Shown: piece after piece, positions 1-10,000 of the stretch
How the letters are laid out: the number at the start of each line of letters is the position of its first letter
How positions within the stretch are numbered: the stretch's first letter is position 1
Origin: Clostridia bacterium
GTDB lineage: Bacteria > Bacillota > Clostridia > Christensenellales > UBA1242
NCBI GenBank assembly: GCA_017537515.1
Contig: JAFYKO010000082.1
Span: forward strand, 1-45,175
DNA length: 45,175 nucleotides
Direction: 5' to 3'
Notes under the pieces: generated by a model
What the model was told of the DNA's origin: nothing
The model's database searches: none
Seen by the model: only the letters and a program-made list of their open reading frames with translations
Translations under genes and position numbers: made by a program

Positions 1-1010
1 ACCATTGTGTTAAGTTGTTGAAGCTTTCCAACGCTGTGGATCATAAATGCGTTGTCAACACTTCCGTCTCCAGTGTTCGAGTTTTTGAGGTGAGGCAAGT
101 TTTTGTAAGCTTCACCACTGAATGACAAGAAGCCATAGTTTGTTGTTATGTCATAAGCAAATTTTTTGCTTGCTTTTGAGTTTGAAAGGAAGATATCTTT
201 TGGATTCTCTTCGCTGACTTCAATCATTGTTGACATTGTGTTTGTGTCAGATTCGATACCGTTGTCATCATAAGTTCCAGTTGTGTAAAGGTCATAATGA
301 CAATCTGTTGTTGAGTTATCTCCAAACACCCCAGAGCCCACTGAACCATTGTTTTGTGTTATTGCAGAGGTGTATGATGAATAGATTTTTCCGTTTGCAC
401 TTCCTTGTCCAAACGCATAAGAATCTAGGGCATTAACCGAACCAGTTGTGTAAGAGTTGTTGATAATTCCGTCATTAAGTCCCACAAATGCACCTGCAAT
501 TGCAGTTGTTTTGACATCAACATCTGTTGCTGAATCCAAGATTTGTCCACCATTTACGCCGACAAGTCCGCCGGTGTAAACATCAGAAAGGCTGTTTTGA
601 ATTCCAATAACTTGGAACTTCTCTGGGCCTTCGCTTTCGGTTGCGTTGCAAGAGTAGATTGTGCCAAGGTTAATGTTTGCGAGAGTTCCTGAACCAGTTG
701 CAACTGTGCCAGATTTACTGTAAACCGTTGTTGTGTGGGTGCTTAGGCTATTTGCAACAACTTTAACGCCCGCAACAACTGAATTTGCGTCGACACTTGC
801 AAAGAGTGCGTCGCTTGCAATTCTTGTTTCGAATCCGTCGCCAACAAAGTGTGCGTTTTTGAGACTGATATTTTTCATCACGTCTTGCGAAAGAGATTCA
901 GTCAAAACAAAGAATGTTTTTCTTCCGTTGTTATCGCTTTCAAACCATTTTTTGTTTTGGTTGAAGTTTGAATTTGTAAGTTGAATTGGGGCGAGTTTTG
1001 AGCCTTCATA
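1..1010 (-). repeat. GLUG-type beta-helix module 5 (truncated by window edge)
   Basis: Begins YEGSKLAPIQLTNSNF and contains YTGGLVGVNGGQILDS and IAGAFVGLNDGIINNSYTTG. Still open at nt 3. Confidence 0.45.
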
Positions 1011-4000
1011 AACTTCAACATTTTCTTCATAGTCATCGAGTTGTGTTTTGTAGTCTACGATTACACTTGCGAGTGTTGGAAGAGTTTCGTCCAAGCCGTT
1101 GTTTGTATAGAAATACACGTTTTCAGTTTGGAGGCCGTTGACAAGGTCTGTTTCGTTGTAGTCAAGGCAAAGTGTAAGTTGATTTGAGTAATAGTTCTTA
1201 GCGTCAGAGTCAGTAAGTGTGCCGTTGCTTGAACCTACAACTGCATTGATATTCATATTTTCAGTAATATCACTGCTTGCAGATGTGATTGTACAAACGC
1301 TGTAGTTTGTGTTGAGGTGTGTTGCACTTGAACCCTTGCCGAGGATTCCTCCAAAATAACTTGGTTTGTCGTTTTCCGTCATATTTGCAGATACGTGAAT
1401 ATCTCCATATGACAAGTTTTTGGTTAGGGTTTTTCTAAGTTCGTAAGAACCGCTTGTGTTTGAATTTCCTACAATTCCGCCAACGTACATCGCTTCGCCA
1501 CTCTTAACCAATACGCTTCCGCCAAACACAGTGCCAATTATTTCAACTGCGTTTACGTTTGAAACAGAGGTTCTTGAGCCTACAATTCCGCCAACAAGTC
1601 CGCCGACGTTTACGTTTGAGCCATCAATAGTGATTCGGCCAATATATTTTGCGTCATAATCCATATTCCCAAGAATAAGTGAACTTGAAGTTGTATTGAA
1701 CAAGCCAATCATACCACCGACATTTGCAAAGCCTGAAAGGTTTGTATTTGAGTTTGTGTAAGTTAATGAAGTTCTTGAAATTGCGTTTGTGATTTTAAGG
1801 TCGCCATTAACCACGCCGACGAAACCGCCAATATTTGTTTGCCCACTTGTTGCCTTAACGTTGATTGTTCCAAATGTTTCTATATTGTCAATTCCTTCAA
1901 TGCCTATGGCTGAACCAATAAGCATACCAGCATTGACTTTTTCGGCAGTCAAGGCCATATCCACATCGACAACAACAAACGCATCTGTTTTGACAGTTGC
2001 ACCGTTTGTGAGGCTTGTGCTTGTGTTGGATTTTCCAACAATACCGCCGATATTTGCTTCGCCTATGTTTGCATTTTCGCTTGCAGTTATTGCACCAACG
2101 ATATTAAGTCTTGAATCTGTTGAAACACGTTGGAAAGACACAGTCAAGTTGTTTGCTTCGCCGAAAAGCAAGCCCGCATTGTATCTTTCGATGTTGCCTC
2201 GGTTTTGGACGTTGATAACAAGACCGTTGTTTATGCCATTGTAAGAGCTGTCAGGGGTGTAGGTTTGTTTAGGGTTGGTTGTGTTTGCCACGCCCACGCC
2301 CTTAACTCTTTCACTTGTTGCAGAAATGGTTGTATAAGCAAGCATAACTGCCCCGTCCGCACTTCCGGCAATGCTTCCAACAGAAAGGTTTTTGATAGGG
2401 TGATTGTTTGCATTTATGACAATGTCATTGAGTGTTGAGTTTGGAGAGTTAACAAACCCGCTTGACATATAGGCTGTTACATCTCCGATTTGCATATTTG
2501 CACTGCTGACTGTTTCAATCTTGCCCGCAAGCATACCGACGCTTACATCTGTTTCTGAAAGGTCTTCGCTTGCGAGAGCGGTTACTGAACAGTTTACGAA
2601 TGTAATATTTGAAATATATCCGCCTGAAATTTTGTTTGCAAGAATTCCCACGTTATTGAAACCTTCGCTTAGGCTTGCAGTTATGTGGCAATTTGAGATT
2701 GTGAGATTTTCAAACGAAGATTGAGTTGCTGTGTTTGTTATACTTGAAGAAGTTGGAATTGCTTGGGTGTTTGAAGAGCCAAGGTTTTTGAAAGTCAAGT
2801 TGTAGATTTTTGCATTTTGTATGCTTTCAAAGAATGGCACTGCAAGGCCTTCAAAGCCAAAACCATAATTCATAGTATTGTCAAGACCTTTAAGCACGCC
2901 TGTGAATACAATGCTTGAAAAGTCAATACCGCTTGTAACGAGATAAGAGCCAATATTTATGATTGGTTTAACTGGGGATTCCGCCGCACGTACAATAAAT
3001 GTTGCTGAAGGGAATTGAATTATCTTTTGAAGGTCTTCCGCTTTGTCAATATAGAATAGGTTTGTATCACTAAACATAACAAGTTTTGGAAGAAGTTCGG
3101 TTGTGTATCTCACCCAATAATTTGGGTCCCAGTCTGATTGCAAGAAGTATTGGTCCATAGTAACACCATTATAAGAAGATGTGCTTAGTTCATAAAGCGG
3201 TGTTATTGATTGTTTCGCTTGAATCATATCATAGTATGAGCCAGTGTTGAGTTTTGCAAAAGATTTTTTGAGAGAAACCTCTTCGCCTTTTTTCTTGCCG
3301 TTGAATTTCACAGTCGTAACTGCAAACATATCATCACTACCAACCGCACAAGTTATGCTTGGAAGGTTGTAGCCACTGTATGAAGGATTGAGACTTACAA
3401 CTTCGCCGTTTACTCTTGCAACGTTGTCGATGTATTCTGGTGCGACATAAGATTGAAGAAGGCTGGAACCAGTGAGGGCAAACACGCTGTAAGTGTTTTG
3501 TGGGATTGTGAAGCTTCCATTGTCTTCAACAAGACCCCAGAAGTTGACTGCGTTGACTTTGTTGAAAGCAAGTTTTCTTCCAAAGTCAATATAGCCTGCA
3601 ATACCGCCCGCACCCGCTTTTTCAGCATCTGACGCCTTCACGTCGCCAAACGCATAAACTTCATTGAGGGAGATTTGATATTTGCTTGCATTCAAAAGTC
3701 CAGGGATTTGTCCAACCACGCCACCGGCATAGGTTGCGTATTTGGAAATTACATTGACTTTCGAATAAGCGTGAGTTATCTTACCAGTTGTCATAAGGCC
3801 GACAAGTCCACCAATTGCAAGAGGTTTGTTTTGACTTGTTGACTCAAACAATGTGAGGTTTCCCCTTTCAACTTCGGTTGAAGCTGGGTTTTGATAATAT
3901 AATGGAATATCGCTTTCAATTTGGTTTTGAAGTGCGAGTTCGTGCTGAGCCCTAAGCATATCAAGGTCGCCATAGTTTTCGCCGACAATACCACCCGCAT

Positions 4001-7000
4001 AGAATTTATCCGCAATTATTTTTTGCGTAAGGGTGTTTGAAAGTTCGAGAGTCGCATCCTTCATAAATGTACGAGGCCCCATATATCCTATCACGCCACC
4101 AGCGGTTGAGCCTGATATAACCATTGAACCTTCTGTTTTAAGGAATAAAAGGTGTGGGGTTTTCATTGCCTGGTCGTAGGTGTATGTATTTGAATAGCCA
4201 AGTCCATAAATATCTGCAACGCCGATGATTCCGCCTGCGTATGAAACATAAGCATTTAGGTTTATGATTTCGCTGTTGTTTCTCGAGAATCCTTGACTGC
4301 TTGAAGGAACCTTGTATTCTGCAGTAACTGAAATGTTGGTTGCGGTGATGTTTTTCACTTCACTGTCGCCTTGAACAATACCCGCAAGGGCACCGACAAT
4401 ATTACGCCCAGTTACATTTGAGTTTTGAGTTTGAGAACCCGCCATAAGTGAGATGTTTATGAGTTTTGAGTCGTAAACGCTTCCGGCAATAGCACCTACG
4501 TTTTGTGCTTTTCCGGCTGAAACAAGAATTACGTTTACATTCATATTCATAATAATAGCGTTTTGTTCAAGCTTTGCGAAAAGTCCATAGTTTAAAACTG
4601 ATGTGTCTGCACTTGCAGTAAGGTCAAGCCCGCTTATTGTAAACATATTTCCGTCCACAATACCGCCTTTAAGTGTCTTGTCTGTGGAACCAATCTTTCC
4701 ACTTTGTGTGCTTGGGATATCGTTGAAATTGATGTCGCTGATAAGCCTATAATTTCCATAAACTTCTGTTTGTGAGCGATATTTTTCAACTGCGGTGCTT
4801 TGCAGTGTTGTGAATCCTCCAAAGGCCATATTGTATTCGTCAGCGTTTTTGATGATTATTGGATTGATTTTGCTTCCGTATTCATAGCCTTCTGTGTATG
4901 GGAGGTTGTAAGATTCGATTTCGTTTGTAACCGCATTTCTTGTAACGTTTGCAAGGTATCTATTTGAAACTGCAATTTGATTTGCACTTACAAGGTCAAC
5001 GCCATAAGCAGTTGCATACCAAACACCATTCACAGAGTTTGTGTCATCAGAGAATGCAAAACCATAGAAATATTCGGTGTTGTCTGGTTCTTGAATACGC
5101 TTGATTGAAACGTTTTGGTCGAGGTCTGTATAAGAATCGCCTTCAAGAACAGATGATGCGTAATAATACGAGTTTTTGATTGTTCCTGTGTTTTGTTTTT
5201 GGTTGTTTTCGTCAACGCCGAGGAATGCTGTTTGAGTGTTCTTTGCGTTTTCAATTTTGCTTGCGGTGTAGCATCTCTCAATCTCGCCAGAGTTGATGTA
5301 TGCAAAACCTGCTGTAAACCTTCCACTCTCATAAGGCGAGGTTGTATTTCCAGTTCCGCTTGCAAGCATAATATTTGAATATGAATCGCCAATATCCCCG
5401 CTGTTTGTGTAAACAAATCCTGCACTTATGCTTGAGGTTGATATTCCGCCACCGCTGAGGCTGTATTCGGCATTGCCAACGCCCTTAACATAAGAGGTGT
5501 GTATTTGCCCAGAGTTTTGTCCAACAAATCCTGCTGTGCGTGTTTCGATTCCGCTTGCGGTGTTGTTTGTTATTTGTCCATTTGCAAAATATGAGCTTGC
5601 AATATTGCCACGATTTTCATAAACAAAACCTGCTATATTGCCCTGTCCAGCAATACTGAACACTGATAGAGGGATGTCGTTTGAATTTACTTTGTGAAGC
5701 ATATTCCCGCCAACACGAGAGTTGGAGATGTTTCCTTCATTGTAAACCACGAAGCCAGCGATTGTGCTTGTGATAAGGCTTGAAATATTTCCGCTTGAAT
5801 AAGAAGCGACAATGCCAGAAGTTCCAAGTTCTGGGGTTGTTTTGTCGGCATTGAACGCAACCACTTCGCAGTTGTAGATTATGCCATAGTTTGTGATTGC
5901 AAGGCCGGCGATGTTTACACTTCTTGTAACTGAAGTATTGACGCTGACAAGTCCCGCGTGATAAATATTGACAGTCAAGTTTTTGAGGATTGTATCCGCA
6001 TTGACAGTTTCAAACAATGCAAAGTTTTCAACTTGAGTTGCACTTGAATCATCGTAACTCATAATATTGATTGTGAAGTTATTTCCGTCAAGGCTTTTGA
6101 TTGCGTTGGTGGTTTGTGGGGTGTAGTCCTCAAGATAAAGGTCGGTCATAAGGATATAGTTTTCTGGTGTGTTGCCTTGAATTGCATCATAGAATCCCGC
6201 TTCGTTTTCGATAATAAGTGGCGTATCTTCGTCGCTGTATTTCACTACAGTTATTGTGAAGTTAAAGTTGATTTCGGTTGTGTAGTATCTTGACTCAGCG
6301 TTTGGATATTGCACTTGGAGTTTGAAAACAAGTTTCACTGGGTTTGTGGTTGTTGCTATACCCGTAATTGAAATTTTCCCCGTTGTTTCGTCAACGTTTA
6401 TTGTGAAGTATGAGTTTGAGTTTATTGTTCCATCATTTGACACGATAGATGATGTACTTCCATCGCCATTAACATAATACAAATTGCCAAGGAAACTTTT
6501 TGCCTTATAGTTGTTTGTATTTACAACATAATCCCCGAATGTGCCAAGGTCTGATTTCTTTTCGTAATAGAAGTTTTGAATAAATTGATTGAATGCATCA
6601 TTTCCGCCTTGGTTTTGATTGCCGTTGAAGTCGAATTGAAGATTTGTGTCAAGTCCGACATATGTTGTAAGGTTTGTTTTGTCGAGTTTGTCAGTGAGGA
6701 GGGTTATCTCATCAATCACAAAGTCGACAATTCCAAGAGCCATTGTTGTTGTTTTTGTTTGTTGCTTCCCATTTTCTTTCCACGAAATTACCGCTTCAAT
6801 TGTAACGTAGTTTGCGTTGTGTAAAATCTCCAAAGTTTCGCCAACATAAAGGTCGTAAGTTATGGTTTTAAGGATAGAAGAAGGAAGCTCCTCAATTGTT
6901 TGGTTTGCGTATGTGATATAGTTTCCTACACTGCTGATTGATGTGTCAACTCCCGTAAAGAAAAGGTTTTCAAGGGTTTGGTCTTTTTCAAGGGTTACAA

Positions 7001-10000
7001 CAAGTTTTTGTGTTGTACCTCGAGCCACGTTGTCAACCTCTCGTCCGTCTGGGTTGTAGACTGCAATATCCGCTCCTTCAAGATATTGAACAATAAGATT
7101 GAATGGAATTGTTTTGACTGCAACTTGGTTTTTGATTGCACTTATTTGGATATTGAAAACAACGTCTTGATTGGTTGTGAGAGGGACAAATGTGCTGATG
7201 TAGATTATATTTTGATTGTCAACATTGCTTTCATCAAGAGAGTAGGCGTTGTAGACTATTATTCCATCTTCAAAAATAGCATAATTGTTGTTGTTTCGAG
7301 TGAAGAGCCCGTTTGTTTCTTTCTTCATAAGCCCAAAGGTAAGGTTGCCATTTGCACCGTTTTGAGCCGAATAAGTTACGGTGATATAATCATAATCTGC
7401 GTAGTCTGGGAAGAGATTTATTTTCAAAAGCCCTTCTTCTCCAGGAGAAAGAACGCTTGTTGAAGTGCCTGAGTATGAGTGGTATACAATATTTTTCTTG
7501 CTTGTGCTGTCGTAAACTAGGTTTTTGTCAATAAGTGTATAATGACTTGCGTTTATGCTTGTTATCTCTTGTGAATTTATCACAACTGAGAAGTCTTCAA
7601 ACACAAGGTCTGTGCCGATAGTCTCAGCGTTTCCAAGAGAAGATTTTGCGTAGGCGAGGAGTTTGAGTTCTGTTCCCACATTTCCGTTTGAAGTTGTGTT
7701 TTGGTCGAAGTCATAGTTTTTATACTCACTTTTAACTTCAAGTGAGATTCTGTAATAATGTTTAAAGTAAACTGCTTCGTCTATATTTTGTGTCTTTTGG
7801 GTTAGGTCAATTTTGCTTGTGAAATATTCTGAAGAGATGTATTGGGTTTGTATATCAAAAATGTCTTCAAATTCTTGGCTGTCCACTATTATTGCAAGAC
7901 TTTCATTTGCTGGTGCTATGTCAGAAAGAATGAAGCCTTCAACAATAATTTCACCACTTGGTTGCATTGTAAATTCAGATTGATTTACGTCCACCACGTC
8001 TGCACCCTTATAGAAGTTAAGGAAGAACGAGCCAGAGAAATTGTTTCCGAGAATCTCGTTGATTGCAGTCTTTTCTGCACTGCTTAAAGAATCTGAAACA
8101 ACTGAAAGTGCGTATTCCACCTCAAACAAATCAAGTCCAAAATCTTCATAAAGTTTGATTGTGTTTATTGTTGCGGTGAGGTTTTTGCCACTAATGTAAG
8201 AATCAAGGTCTTCTTGGAATGAAAGTTGATATTTGTTTTCATCAATAAGCACATAATTTTGGTCGAGAATTATTGAATTTTGAAGTAATGCCGTAAGTGA
8301 GAAGTTGTTGTTTGTCTTTATTTTTAAGTTTGAGTTATCCCCAAATTCAACACCATTTTGCATTAGTTTGAAATCGAGAATTGGGTTTATGGTGTAGATT
8401 TCAAAAGTTTGAGATATTGTGCTGTCGTATTTTGAGAAAAGAGTAAGTGTTGCACTGCCTTTGCCGGTTATTTGCACGCCATTTGCAAAGACTGCAATAA
8501 CTTTTGAGTCAGAGCTTATACCCCTAAGACCTACAAGGCTTTCGGTTGTCCCGAGAAGTTCTTCAAAAGTTATGAAGTTTAGGTCTGAAAGAGCATAGAT
8601 TTCTTGCAATGTCAACGAACCACTGGTTGAATAGTGGAAAATCACGCTTTTTCCTTGGATGCTGAAAATATTGTCAGCGTTTGCAAGGGTATTTGAAATG
8701 CTTTCAAGTGGTATTTCTAAGACAATACCTTTGAAATAAGGAAGTCCAAAGTTTTGCTCTGAATCCAACGCCCAAACTTCTGCATAATTTAGGTTGCGGA
8801 TTTCTGTGTATTCATTATTTTGTATATAAGTTCCGCTTGCGTTTTGGTTGTCAGTTCTGAAAACCAAATAAGCATTTTTGATGTATGAAAGGTTGGTTGC
8901 ATTGCCAGTAAAGGAGGTCAAATCATTTGCATATCCAAAGGTTTTATCAATGTTTCCGCCTGTGAGATTTCCAACAAGAACACCGACATTTTGCCCGCTG
9001 ATAACTTCAAGCCCGATATAGTTTTTAGGGTCTGCATTTTCTGACGCATAAGATTGGAAGTAAGAGTTTTTGAGTGTTCCCGCAGTCATTTCGCCGACAA
9101 GACCACCAACAAAAGATGTTCCGCTTATTTTTGCGTAAGTGGTTGTATTTGAAGAGTTGTAGTTGTAAACTTCAACTTTTGAGCCAAAAATATCGCCAGT
9201 ATTCAAGCCAACAAGACCACCAACAACTGCGTTTGAGGTTGACTCGACACCACCAAAGAAGGCAGAGTCTGTTATTTTTCCATAATTTTCAGCAACCAAG
9301 CCACCGACATATCCCACATCTTCGGACGCTTTAAGGATTGTATAATTTCCAGCAGAATTGAAGCTTTCAACAGTTACATTTTCAATGCTTCCCTTATTTT
9401 TGTTTGCAAGAACACTGTTTCCTGCAATTTCTCCAGCAGTGTTTGTGATAATGAGGTCTGCAACCTTGCCCGAAAGGGTGATTTCGCTAAACAAAGTTTT
9501 TGAAGTTTGGATTGTTGCAATTTCATTGCTTCCGATAAGAGCCCCATAAAGCCCACCACTAAGTGCACCATTAAACACAAAGTCGCCTGGATTGATTGCG
9601 GTTACGTCTTGCATAAGCACATAATGTTTGTCAAGTTCAGTGATTTGAGAGAGGTTGTTGACTCTGTAAGCGGTCGCTCGAGAATTTCCGTCAGCGATTG
9701 TGATTGGGATATAAACCGCCACATCGTTTTCGCCAGCAACGTATCCAGTTGGGGTGTATCTATCTGCAGGGGCAATTCGAATAATCCCCGCACCACCGTT
9801 TATTCGACTTCCGTCAACGGTTATGTAGCCCGCTTCTCTGTTTACGGTTATTGCATCGCTTTCTGTGTATGCATCAGGCAAGAACTCGAAGACAAGTTCG
9901 CTGTTGAATGGTTCGATATTGCTTTTGCCTATCTGAACTTCCGCTGTTATTGGACGAGTTAGGTCTTTGCCTGAGTTGTCGAGTTGAAGGTATATACCTT

